64,000 nt of DNA from Octopus vulgaris (GCA_951406725.2 OX597818.1:146568001-146632000), one strand, 5' to 3'. Shown: positions 12,575 through 25,514, counted from the stretch's first letter. Numbers and translations are program-made. Notes: generated from the letters alone by a model not told the origin.

Positions 12575-12935
12575 GTCATTAGTCAGAATATTGATGACGT
12601 CCTTTTCTGCTTGACTAGTCACCTAACAAGTACAGACAGGGGGCAGATCTAATGTAGCTATAAGTCGTGATTGGGCAGAATCTGGATGACGTCCCGTTCT
12701 GCTTGACTAACGAAGCGACTGGTCAAAACAGGAAACAAACAAGAGGCAGTTATAATGCAGCGATTGGTCAAAATGATGATGACGTCCCGTTCGGCTTGAC
12801 TAAAGCCACCTAACGAAACGATTGGTCAAAACATTGATGACGTCACGCTGCGCTGGACTGACCACCTAACAGGCATTATAAAACCGAGCACTTCACAAGA
12901 CCCACTAGAACCACCCAGCGAACATCCACCATGGG
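12575..12935 (+). promoter_or_regulatory. Candidate Pol II promoter: 4x [ATT(G/A)G-N12-TGACGTC], TATA box, Kozak ATG
   Basis: ATTAG/ATTGG at 12578, 12670, 12763 and 12821, each separated by exactly 12 nt from TGACGTC (12595, 12687, 12780, 12838; the last is a full TGACGTCA CRE). TATAAAA at 12877-12883 and CCACCATGG with the ATG at 12931. Confidence 0.6.
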
Positions 12936-13211
12936 TCACCACAATTGCTTAAGGTAAAAATGAATTCCTCGCTCTTTCGGAAACATCAATCTTCTGTATT
13001 GACTGCTTTCCACCACTTTGATCTGTTTTTTGTATTGAATACGTATCGCCACCGTGGGCCACTGCATCGAACACTTTGAACATATAGCATGAATGAACTT
13101 ACTTCAAACTATATATCAACTATACATGAACTCTAAGATGTCTGACTCCGTTGTGTATTATAAATGAATTTCTTGTGTTTGACGGCATGAGCTGTCTTTT
13201 TTTATATATAA

Positions 13212-13257
13212 CTTTTTTTGATAAGGTTCATTTCAGGAACTGAAACATGTTATAATG
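13212..13257 (+). ncRNA. Hammerhead-like motif with U3-A8 core variant (weak stem I)
   Basis: TTGATAA-GGTTC-ATTTCAG-GAACT-GAAA-CATG-TT. Stem II pairs and stem III ACATGT is palindromic. Stem I (CTTTTT/ATAATG) has two mismatches. Confidence 0.45.
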
Positions 13258-14621
13258 TATATATAAAAATTAAAAATTGTATAATATAGCAGCATTTTCG
13301 AACTTCATTTTTTACAAATATAAACCTACTCGTATACGAGCTAATCCTATTATAAATATATATATATATTTACATATATATATATACACACACATACATA
13401 TATACATATATACATATATAGGTAATTATGCAGTTGAATAAATTAAATGTAACCGCTTTGGTTTGATATACAAAACGAGAGAAAGCAAAGACGGAAATCT
13501 TTCACACGATGAACATTTAGGTGTAAATATATAGCTGTTTATATTAATAGATCAAACTGATATTTAATTTGTTTATCCGCATAATTGCCTCCATACCTCC
13601 TCTACTTGTTGCCTCTTATAATGGCCACTTTTTTTCCTATACTCCGCAGAATTAGTCCCCCGTAAACACATCGGAGTCTAAGTTTGAGTAATTTGACCGC
13701 TAGTAAGTGTTTTCTATTTTGAGAATCTCTGTTGACTAGAAATACATATATGTAAAGTAATCAACATAAACGTAGAGGCTAATTTTCAATCATAAAAGTA
13801 AGAACAAATTAACTTTTACAAGTCAAGTGTATTCATGATTACCCTACTACCGACATTGAGCGCTCTTATCCTCAAATTACGTATAATTGTATCCAACCAA
13901 TATGAAAATATATTACACTCCAACTGGATGTTTCCCAGGAGAATCAATATATAATTCATTTGTAAATTGTCCATATTCTTGCACTTAATTCCCATATCAA
14001 ATCGTATCGAGGAGTGTGTTACATTGCTATATTGGATGTTAATGCTAGGTGGGTGTCGAATGACATTCAATATCATTTTTTTAATATACTTTGATCATTT
14101 ATTAGTATGTGTGTGTCTCTGTGTGTGTGTATACGGGTTGATGATATATACAATACGCAATGTTTCCCAGATCCGTTTATTAAACTGTACCGCGTTATTC
14201 GCTTGATAGTTTAGTATAATGTCATGTGTCATTCCATGGTGACCTCCCCTTTTTACTACCATGAGTACAAATCTCTCGTTAGAAAGAAAATTCTCCATTA
14301 TTTAATGGAACATTATTATTGATGAATACTGAAAGGTTTTGTTGTTTTTGTCTTCACACTTCTTTCCACCTTTCAGGGTACTGAAACTTTATTAAAGGAA
14401 ATAAATTATTTTAGACGATTTTGATTTATTACTTTATAATGTTCGGAAATTTCCCAGTACACACCGATAGGAGTGGCTGCAGGAACTCATTCAAAATGTC
14501 GTGGCTGAATGTTATGCATTCTTGAGAGACACGAGTCACATCTGGGACACTTAACGCAGCTGGAATTAATTCTATAATGAACCGATTGAATTAATATTCG
14601 TTAGTGTTATTATTCTTTAAA

Positions 14622-14845
14622 CTAAGCCGGAGAGCCGCTAGAATGGTCAGCACACCGGATAAAACGCTCAACGGCATTTCATTAGGATTTACGATCTGAA
14701 TTCAACTCCTGCCGAGGTTGAGTTTGCCTTTCACCCTTTCGGGGAGGATGAAATAGATCCCAGTTGAGCATTAGAATCGATATAATCGACTATCCCCTTA
14801 CCCAAGGTTTCAGGCCTTGTTCCTGCAGTAGAGTGGATTATTAGC
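14622..14845 (+). mobile_element. Family A SINE (diverged)
   Basis: GCCGAGGTTGAGTTTGCCTTTCACCCTTTCGGGG... plus head and tail remnants. Confidence 0.65.
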
Positions 14846-15179
14846 CTTTAAACTCAAGACATATTTGCATATGGATCGGTAAAGGATCTTTCTGGATGTA
14901 TGAAAGTATAGATATAGCAAGGATCATATTTATAAACAAATGTTCAAACATCTGTTGCACTGTTATCCATTCGATAAAAGATATTTCGAAAATACAAACA
15001 TAGAAATACACAAATACAGATACCGTTGAGAGGAAGATGGCGGAAATTACATAAAGGAAAGGATAATTAAGTGCCGCTCGAACTGGAAAGATCTCTTCTT
15101 TCTATTGGCTGTGGAATCAAGAAATCTGTTATGCAACTGTAGCTGGCCTTCATCCTATTAATATTCATGTCTACTATAG

Positions 15180-15540
15180 GTACAAGGCCTACAGTATGAG
15201 AGTGCCAGTCGACCTCGGTGCTTAGAGGGTATTTATTTTATCGACCCCGAAAAGATGAAAGACAGAACGGAAAGACGAACGAAATGCCGCTAGGCATATT
15301 GTCCGGCGTGATGATGATTCTATTTGACCTCTCCCGAAATTGCTGAACTTGTGCCAAATTTTGAAACCAGCATTAAGGCGGCGAGCTAGCATTAAGACGC
15401 TGGGCGAAATGAGTTCAAATTCTGATGAGGTCGACTTCAACTTTCCTCCTTTCGGGGTCGATAAAATAAGTATTAGTGAAGTACTGGTATCGATGTAATT
15501 GATGTCTCCCTCCCATCAAAAACTGCTGGCCCTGTGCAGC
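15180..15540. mobile_element. Family A SINE fragments in both orientations
   Basis: TTTATCGACCCCGAAAAGATGAAAG (minus copy) followed by TAAGGCGGCGAGCTAGC...TTTCGGGGTCGATAAAATAAG (plus copy). Confidence 0.7.
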
Positions 15541-16181
15541 AGGTTTTTATGGAGATGCGAGCGATGCTAATTTGGTTTAAGAAAACTATGGCAAAATTGG
15601 AGCGAACTTGATTTCGTCTCATATTTTTTGGGTTTATATAGAAGTTGTTCAAAATATGGCTATCTGAATATCCCTGTAAAGATCCTCACCATTTATGCAC
15701 AGTCATACACTCAGAAGGACGCCTTACTAGCTTGCAACCCAAATATATGTACTTAACGGATGATAGCATAAATAACTCATAATATATATATATATGTGTG
15801 TGTGTATATATATATGTTTGTATATATATGTGGGGGGGATGGAGATGCGTGACTGAATGGCTAGAGAATTAAACTCTATGTCGTAAGATTGTGGTTTCGA
15901 TTTCTTGGGTGGTTGATGGGTTTTGTTCTTAAGCAAAGCAATTTTTTTGAGCCTCCAGTCTATTCAGTTGGCAAAACGGATTTATCCTGTGACTGACGCG
16001 CGTTCCGTCCAGCGGAATAGTATATGCGCCGCAGAGTCTGGAGAACCGGCCTTTCCAGCCTGTAGTTCAGGAAGGAACTTTATTTTCATAAATATATATT
16101 TGATCCATAATCATTTGACCTTCAAAATACTTTTGTTTCGCCAATGTCTCTCTCTCTCTTTTTATATGATAGATAGATAGG

Positions 16182-16231
<50 letters not shown>

Positions 16232-16281
16232 CATACATACATACATACATATATACATACATACATACATACATACATACA

Positions 16282-16315
<34 letters not shown>

Positions 16316-17818
16316 CATACATACATAGAGAGAGAGTGGTGGATGGATGCATGGATGCATGGATGGACAAGTCAATTTAAGAGTTGCGTGGCTTTGCCAA
16401 CGAAGCAATGACTAAATATAAATGGTAATTTGCATCCTACTAGCCCCCAATACGACCTAATATTGATTCAGTTATCTATTGATTTCTTCTTGTCTATTTG
16501 GGCCGCAAATGCTTTTAGTACTAAACCCTGTTTTTCTAATTGTTAGTCAGGTTTTCGTCGACTGGACACAGGGATAACTTCGTGATATTAGAGATGCAAT
16601 AACAAATAGCAGACAAACGTGTAACAAAAGCGTTGTATTTATTGCGCCATTTCACCTACAGCTGCGGTATTTGCTTGTTATAGTCACGAAATATGTTTTA
16701 AAACGATAAAAAAAATTGGCCAGAATTCAAAGAGATGAATAAAATTGGCGTTTCCAGCAAAGTTCACGATATTATGAATGAAAGGTAGTCAGCAGGAAGG
16801 TTATTCTTTTCTTTTTATAATTCTGATTTTCTATCAACATTCTTGAATGCACCGAAAATTCTAGACCAGCTGGAAACTACTTGGTTGTAATTATTTTCAT
16901 TTCTACATCTACTTGCTAAGGACATCATTGATTTTAGAATAAATGTTGGTCATATACTGAAACAATCGTTTCATAAGTTAAGGAGTATTCTAAAAGTAAC
17001 AACTTTTCGTCATTTTAAGCTAGGATATCTTCAGGCAATCATCTCGTTTTTGTTGTTGTTGCTGTTGTTCTAATGCATAGAATACAATAAATTATTTTGC
17101 TATAGTTTTAATGTTCACTCTTACTACCGATTACTGATTTAGGAAAAGGAGCCAAACAACTGAGTCAATACAAGTCTAGTTTGAAATTATTCTTTAAATA
17201 GAAACGAACTGATGTAAAAATTGCTTGAAATCTTAGAAGATTTTCTAGGAAAGAAACCAGTTTCTCAAGGGTAGAGGCTAGTTGGGTATCTCTGCTAAAC
17301 AGATTAATATATAAATGAAGCCACTCTGCATTCTCAGATATATTTCGAATGTGAGTTTGACTATATACCACCTTAGTTCCTGGAAAGAGAGCAGCGAGTA
17401 CATGAAGGACATCTCCAGCAACCAACCATGTCATATATTCTAATAACATATGCAAGGTGCCACGCAGTGAGACTGAATCCGGGACCATACGAAGGAATGG
17501 ATAATTGTGATAGCCATGTCATCCCTACGGGAAAATAGCAGTTCTATATAGATAAATATGTATCTATGTATGCGTTCGTGTGTGTGTGTAAATGTGTGTT
17601 TACCCATATATATGCACCTTCTATCGATATCTCCTGCCAGTTAACATGGGACCCCTTGACTATAATGTAAACTTTATTTGATTAAGGTATCTCTGGCCCG
17701 ACGAGTAGCTAACGGATTACCCCTCGTTTGGGTCATTACTACCCCTCGTTTGTGTCTGCTAGCTATGAAACATATGCAGCCTGGATTTTATCTACCCCAT
17801 TCCGTAATTTTGGGTGTA

Positions 17819-17907
<89 letters not shown>

Positions 17908-17930
17908 TTGACAGACAGACAGACAGACAA

Positions 17931-17990
<60 letters not shown>

Positions 17991-18022
17991 ACAGACAGAC
18001 AGACAGACAGAATGACAGACAA

Positions 18023-18106
<84 letters not shown>

Positions 18107-18489
18107 GTAGATATATATCGTAAAATAATGTAATCATCTACATAAGAAAATTGATAAACAGATCGTCTGCACGGAATATTCCTGGTAAACAATTGTTCTC
18201 TATGAAGCAGAGACAGGTTCTTGTCATTACCAAAATGTAGTGAACCAATGATTGCATCCTTGGAATTATGTAACCAACGATGCTAGTGTTCGTGATTCAA
18301 AATGATATAAAGTTTAAAAACTAAGGACTGTGAACTGGCTTCAACTTGGAATTGAAAGTGTTACAGGGTACTGTGTCGTAGATCAGCCTGTCGCCCGATC
18401 TTCGACACATTTTACGTACCTTGTTTTTATGAGATACTTCAGCAGTAGTTTGTTTTTAACTGGTATTTCCTCTATTTTTATATTAGGAG

Positions 18490-18649
18490 TAAAATAATAA
18501 TAATTTTGGTGGAGGAGCTAGTACATTACATCAATCCCAGTGCTTGACTGGTACGTATTTTATCGAATCCGAAAGGATAAAATAAATGCAAATCGACCTC
18601 AGCGGCATTTGAACTCAGAACGTAAAAACGGGCGAAACGGCACTAAGTA

Positions 18650-18650
<1 letters not shown>
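18490..18650 (-). mobile_element. Family A SINE fragment
   Basis: ATCGACCTCAGCGGCATTTGAACTCAGAACG, next to (TAA)n. Confidence 0.65.
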
Positions 18651-18709
<59 letters not shown>

Positions 18710-19339
18710 TCGTTCTAATTTTAGCGCAATGCCAACAGTTTTAGTAGTAGTGGTTAGTATGTTACTTTTAGCCCAGTATCTGACTGATACTTTATTTATT
18801 GACTTCGAAATAACCATCGTATCAAAGACTTAAGCACCAGCAACAGCTACAGAAGACACCAACAAAGGCAACAAATATATCAACAACAGAACAAAACCAA
18901 GAACCCCAAGACACACTTTTCTCTATTTTGGGTCACTCAGACAGGTCGTGTGGCTGAAGTGACGGAGAACTTAAATGGCATCGAATGTAGATTAGTAACA
19001 CTATCTAATTCACATACACAACAAATCAGAACACACGCTCCACAACACGAACAAAAAGAATCATTAGAACTAATGAACCACATGCATGAACGTAACACTA
19101 TCACAATCATAACATTACATTCACAAATAGTACACCAGCTTACAAAATATTCATCAAAATACTACAAAGCACACGTTTCTGAAATAACTGTCCCAACGGA
19201 TAAGTGACATCAGGGAGACATATTAACAACAGACCATACAAGGAACCACTTGTAGAAACGACTGCAACAAGCTGGAGAGTCTCAACACTCGTCTTTGCAT
19301 AGAAATAAGATTGTTGGTCCCTTCTCGTAGTTTCCCTTG

Positions 19340-19660
19340 TACTTATAATAAACAGTATAAATGCACGTGGATAGAGACCGCCATGGAAGTTAGACAACTT
19401 ACCCAATGTCATCAGGGCACTAGATTTAGATGCGATGGCCATCAGTGAGGTGAACATCTCTTAGCCACGAAAGTTCTTCCTAGTAAACTTCTAAAAACGT
19501 GGGCAAATGTAGCGAAAAGAGAGCCGGTGAATGGATCCACTCTAAGCACGCGCCTGTAGACTGGAAAGTACGGTGAAGAGAGGAGCACTTTCCATGTTAC
19601 TCTTGATGTGCTGAGTGACTCGGGAGTCGTAAGCTACTTTGGTACCCAGGGTGGTGATTC
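19340..19660 (+). mobile_element. Internally deleted Tx1/L1-clade LINE (start of the endonuclease domain fused to the 3' end)
   Basis: INSINARG*RPPWKLDNLPNVIRALDLDAMAISEV is an APE N-terminus. It is joined to a sequence resembling the 3' end of the 22112-24330 element (GTGAATGGATCCACTCTAAG vs GTGAATGGTACCACTCTCAG). Confidence 0.55.
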
Positions 19661-19800
19661 TACGTATTGAGGAATTTTGTATGAGAATTTCCTTATTAAT
19701 TCTAATTAATTTATTGTTTACAAGTGCTTATGTAAATCCCTACTGGCTTTGTATTTTCCTAAAAGATTTATACGACCCTTGTGGCCGATAAAGTAAGCTT

Positions 19801-19821
19801 TATTATTATTATTATTATTAC

Positions 19822-19891
<70 letters not shown>

Positions 19892-19912
19892 TGTTGTTGT
19901 TGTTGTTGTTAT
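19801..19912. repeat. Compound (TTA)n(TAG)n(TTG)n microsatellite
   Basis: Direct reading. Confidence 0.95.
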
Positions 19913-20189
19913 TAGCAATAAATAAATGAAATTACTGTTTGAAATATTGTTTCTATTGGATAATTCATCCACATGTACATGATGATGGTTATGATGATGA
20001 CAACAATGTTGGCAGCGGCGGCAAATACGACGGTGGCGTTGATGGTGGTAACTGTGGTGATGGTGTTTGTGTTGGTATCATTGTTGCTTAGATAAAATCC
20101 AATAAGTTAACGCCTGAGAGGAATTTATAAATTACTCAATTTAGTTTAACAAATTCATCTCCCCATCTACTTCCCCTCATCTTTCACTC

Positions 20190-20391
20190 TCCCTTCCTCT
20201 TGTCTCTTCTCTCTCTCCCTTCTCTCTCTCTCTTTCTCTCTCTCTCTTTCTTGTCTCTTCTCTCTTTCTCTTCTCTCTTTCTCTTCTCTCTCTCCCTTTC
20301 TCTCTTGTCTCTTCTCTCTCACCCTCTCTCTTGTCTCTTCTCTCTCCCTATCTCTCTTGTCTCTTCTCTCTCTCTCTCTTCCTCTCTCTTG

Positions 20392-20436
<45 letters not shown>

Positions 20437-20535
20437 AGTTGATCTTGCTCTCTTTCTCTCCCTCCCGTCTCTCTCTTTCCCCCTCTCTCTCTCTTTATCT
20501 ATCTATCTATCTATCAACCTATCTATCTATGTATC
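20190..20535. repeat. Polypyrimidine (CT)n-rich tract with repeated TTGTCTCTTCTCTC units, then (TATC)n
   Basis: Direct reading. Confidence 0.9.
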
Positions 20536-20892
20536 TAACCCCGCAGGAAATGCTACCGATTTTTCAGAATTTCTTTAAATTTTAAATTGATTTAATGCAA
20601 CGATCAGATAACCAGTGTGAATATTTTCTAGCCCGGCTAAATTGGTTTGACTCTATAAATATATTGATTCGGGAAGAATATCAAAGAGAGGAACACTGCT
20701 AAATTTTAATGAGAAAAGAAATTGTAACAAAATCTGAGACATGCATTATCGGGATCCATGAACTGGAACGACTTTAACTGGAAAACGAAGCCACCCTCCC
20801 TGAGATTTGAGAATCCTACCAACTACAGTAGCTGCAAGCTTAATCACAAAACCAGAACTTTCTACAAGATGGATGTTAATACGTATATTTAG

Positions 20893-20926
<34 letters not shown>

Positions 20927-21438
20927 CCTCCCTTTCTTTCTCTTACACACTCACACATCTTCTTTTATCATTCGGATACACATTATTGTGTTCTCTTCCA
21001 TTCTATTTCCCTAAATATTTGTTTCCCTTCCTCTATCTGTGTATCTATATATATTTGTCACAGTATACAATTATTCATTTTTTTTCTCTCCCCCTTTCCA
21101 AAATTTCTCTTACTTTATCACTCTTACATGTTTCTTGGAACCTAAACAACATTCATTTTCTCTTTCCATTCGTTCAAATATTCGTAATGTCTTCTTACCT
21201 CACCACCTTCCCAGTAGATAACTGTGACGTTCACAATTTACTAAACTTTAACTTATGATCACTTTCGTGTCATCAAAAGACAGGCTTTCTCATTCATTCG
21301 ATAATGCAATGCACGAGGTTTCTAAAACTTATTTGACAAAAGGATGCCGGAAATTCCAGTGCAAAGACTCTGAGAAAGGACCAACCTAAGTCTGGGGTGA
21401 GCGACTGGGTCCTTTTTCTCGTTTCTTTCCGTTCTCAA

Positions 21439-21750
21439 ATGGCAATTCTAAGAATATGTTATATAAAGGCTCGTGGTCTGGGAGCAGCGTAGAAGCTGGG
21501 TCACATGTTCAATGATTTCAACGACGTCTAGATGTAGTAATCGTTAGCAAGACTAAAGTTTCTGAAACGCAATCGCTTGCTCTCCTACCGACGGCTTCGA
21601 GATTTAAGCCCCCTCCAGCTGATCTGGATCAAGTGGCATGGTGGTGGTGTTTCAGAAAGGCCTTGGCGTGATGGTGAGTACGATTTTTCTAAACCCTCTC
21701 GGAAGATTGGTAGTTTCGGATGTACTCGTAAGCAGTAAGGAAAGTGCTGG
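21439..21750 (+). mobile_element. Tx1/L1-clade LINE ORF2 N-terminal (APE endonuclease) fragment
   Basis: MAILRICYIKARGLGAA*KLGHMFNDF...LDVVIVSKTK...GMVVVFQKGLGVMVSTIFLNPLGRLVVSDV. Confidence 0.65.
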
Positions 21751-21872
21751 CCTCCAGTGTAGTGACTGTCAATACTCCAATAAGAATCGGACGGTGGAGG
21801 GGAAGATTGCTGTTGTCGAAGTTGGACTTATTTCGGTAACTCCACAAGTTTCTGCTAGATGACCGGATTTGT

Positions 21873-21873
<1 letters not shown>

Positions 21874-21903
<30 letters not shown>

Positions 21904-22112
21904 AAGAAGAAGAAGAAGAAGAAGAAGAAGAAGAAGAAGAAGAAGAAGAATGAGAAGAATGAGAAGAAGAAGAAGAAGAAGAAGAAGAAGAAGAAGAAGA
22001 AGGAGAAGAATGAGAAGAAGGAGAAGAAGGAGAAGAAGGAGAAGAATGAGAAGAAGAAGAATGAGAAGAAGAAGAAGAAGAAGAAGAAGAAGAAGAAGAA
22101 GAAGAAGAAGAT
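21874..22112. repeat. (GAA)n/(TTC)n trinucleotide tract, ~240 bp with GAT/GAG variants
   Basis: Direct reading. It produces the poly-K/R/L/S ORFs. Confidence 0.97.
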
Positions 22113-24330
22113 GAGGGGGACAATAGAAAGACAGACATAAAGTGTGGTGGTTTATATATAATGGAATGGTAAAATAAAAACTATACACGGTTTACATTAG
22201 AAGGGAAGTATACATAGTATATGACGCTAGAACAAGAGGAAAAAAGGTGGTCGCGTTGGGAACCCGTTGATTCAGGAGGACCTCTGGGGATAATCAAAGA
22301 ACCCCACCATCCATGATCACCCTGAGACCCAAGGAGGAACAGTGCTCACTCCAACGTTTTTCTTCCGACTCACAGGTCTATACTGAGAGTGGTACCATTC
22401 ACTCTTACCATTTTTGCGACTTTCACCCAGTTTTCATAAATTCACTCAAGGACATCACCACCCTCACTCTCCTTTACAAGTGAAACTTGAAAAGGTTGAT
22501 GAGGGTTTTACCAAAGAGGAAAGTTCCTGTCCTCGTTCCTTTGAGTCTCGTCCGCCAGATAACCCCTTTGGCCACAGCCACCAAACAAAGGAAAACTGCC
22601 TTACCAACCCGATTGGACTCGGACGACAGCAGCTGTTCGAAATAACTCCACAAGTCAGCTATGCCCGGACTCTTAAAGAGTGCATGCAGGACGGTTTCGT
22701 GGCTCTGCGAGCACCACTGACAAGCCTGTTTGATAGTACATTCGTGCCTGTACATTCGTGCCAACCCTCTCTACGATGTATCGCATAAGGTGGAGGTTGT
22801 CGTCGATAGACCTGCTCGGAATTGCGCACATCTGTGCTTCCCCGACCAGACAACCAACGACAAGCACCATCCTCTTCGCTAGCACCTTGGCCAAAATCTT
22901 GAACTTAGCAGAGTTATGGGACGAAAATTCCCTAGCACATCTCCATTGTCAGCGTCCTTTCGCAGCAGTGTTACTACACTCCAGCTAACAGCACTATGAA
23001 TTTTCACGTTCTGCTACCAGTTACTGTAGTCATCTGCCAAGAGCCTGCCAAACAAATCTGGCATGAAAACATAGAGTTCATAGGACACACAATCCAAACC
23101 TGGCGATTTACGACTTGAGTATTTCAGAAGCTGTAATCAGCTTTTCGCAGAATCTCACGTCCGTCATCGAGAGCCGTGGTACGCAGTAAAGTTCGTTACT
23201 TTCATCGACCCATCGATTTACCCAAACAGTCGTGCAAAGTGCTGCTGGAAAGCTGCAAACGTCTGCTCAGAACCGAACAGCATGCATCCCTCCCGATCTG
23301 TCAAAGATTTGATCGTGGTTCTGTTTCTACATCGCGTCACTACCGTTCGGGCCCATCAGACGGCTTTAGTTCCTTCGTGTTTTAACTCACGGACCTTAGC
23401 TCTGACAGCACACACTTCGTGCATCGCCTCAAAGAAATGGTCAAGGACCATTACTGCCGCTAACACATCGGTTGCGATGCCTTTACTAATAGCCTCTTCA
23501 AGTTTGATAGCTAGTTCTCCCTCTAATCTATTTCTTTCTCCTGTTAAATCTTTGCTAAATGCTATCGATTCTACTTTAATCGCTCTCTCCAGAACGACCC
23601 GCCACCGTTTGTTGACAACAGCCCCTGTCAACTTCCGTTTAACTTGTTCGCTAATCCGGTCCCTGCAGTCTTTGCGAGCTAGTAAGGATGCATTCAACTT
23701 CTAGTTACCAGATCCCTGTCTACGGGTCCTATCTAAATCGACTGAGCGTATCACAAATTTGTTTATCTCTGTAGCTGCCCAATTTAAAATGTGGATAACC
23801 TATGTTATCTCTATCCTCTGCCCTACCAAATACTCTATCTAAATATGATTTAGATAACCCACTGTGGTTACTCTGTGTCCACACTGGACCGTCAGGGAAA
23901 TCCAGTGGGTACCTGCCAGAAAGCTGGGAAGTTCTGAGCAGATTTTCGAAGTTTTTACACCCACTTCAACTATGTACCTAACCCGCACAGGAAGTTGACA
24001 GCAGACCGACTATCTGACCATTGGAACACTCCCTTCCACAGAAAAATAAACGGCATATGCTCCAATCTAATGAAGCAGTAACTGGAACAAGGCACAACGG
24101 TCAGGCGATAAATAGTGACAGAAATACTATTCCAGTCCCGCCTTAGTACAAAAGTGCAAGACGTGCCCAGGAATGTTTCATGATACCTGAAGAAGTCTGG
24201 CCTTCCAGCCCCTGTTGGAGCATAAACCGTCACCAGTTTAAAGGTGCCACCTTCGCTGTTGTTCTAGTCCAGGACTACCACCCTACCTTCCGGGACCAGG
24301 AAGATAGTTCGTACTTGGAAATCTATTAGC
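22112..24330 (-). mobile_element. Decayed, internally deleted and rearranged Tx1/L1-clade LINE
   Basis: EN: IFLVPEGRVVVLD, VYAPTGAGRPDFF, DWNS, SYLDRV, KLNASLL. RT: KSPGLD, NFRPITL, ILAKVLAKRM...EAQMCAIPSRSIDDNLHLMR. C-terminal zinc knuckle CQWCSQSHETVLHALF. The 3' UTR ends at the (TTC)n tract. Confidence 0.85.
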
Positions 24331-24335
24331 ACCTG

Positions 24336-24850
24336 CGGGGTACAAATCAAGATATGACAGAGTCTACACTGGATAATGTGTCGGAATTATAAAATCAAAA
24401 CTGTTCGCAAATGGTACAAGCACCAACCTGAGGCTGTAACTGAGGGAGAAAATGTAATTATTCTTTGGGACTTATCAGTACGTACTGACCGGGCCATCTT
24501 AAGCAAACAATGCAGATATTGTTTTGAAAGACCAAAACAAAAACAGTCTGTTTATTGATTGACATGAGGAGCAAACCGTGTGACCATAACATCTCGGTAA
24601 AAGAATTTGATAAGCTCAGACAATATAAATTCTTTCATTCGTTTATTTGTTTCAGTCATTTGACTGCGGCCATGCTGGATCACCACCTTGTTTGTGAAGC
24701 AAATGAACCCCGGAACTTACTCTTTGTATGCCTAGTACTTATTCTATCGGTCTCTTTAGCCGAACCGCTAAGTTACGGGGACGTAATCACACCAGCATCG
24801 GTTGTCAAGCGATGGTGGTGGGGACAAATACAGACACAGAAACACACACA

Positions 24851-24924
<74 letters not shown>

Positions 24925-25514
24925 CGACGGGCTTCTTTCAGTTTCCGTCTGCCAAATCCCCTCACAAGGCTTTGGTCGACCCTAGTCTAAAGTAGAAAAC
25001 ACTTGCCGAAGGTGCCACGCAGTGGGACTGCAAGACTGTTACAATACCAGTGATTGTAGGAGTACTTGGAATGATCAAAAAAGGAACTGGAAATTATTTA
25101 AGAATGATCCCTGGCTTCCCATCCATGCAGGAAGTGCCAAAGATTGTCTCAACTGCGACGACACATGTCTTGAGGAGAGCAGAGTCGCTGTGAATTTTCT
25201 TTCCCTTTTTCCTCTTTATTTTCTTTATTCTTTATTTTTATTCTTATTCTTGTTTCAGTCATTTGACTGCGGCCATGCTGGTGCACTGCCTTTAGTCGAC
25301 CCCATGACTTATCCTTTGTAAGCCTAGTACTTATTCTATCGATGTTTATTTATTTATTTTTTTTTTCTCTCTGTCTTCTTTTTCTCTATCACATGACTTT
25401 GTAAATGGATAATTTGATGAGTTTATTTTAATGGCCTGCCAATGAATAGAGTGGGTTCCTCTGCCCTGGGTATCAGGAAGACACTCGGCAAGAAATAGAA
25501 GCAAAATTGAAAGT

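Noticed and set aside
16990-17040. CTGAAGA...GAC-GAAA on the minus strand
   Set aside because: The stem II closing pair is mismatched and there is no stem I; probably chance.
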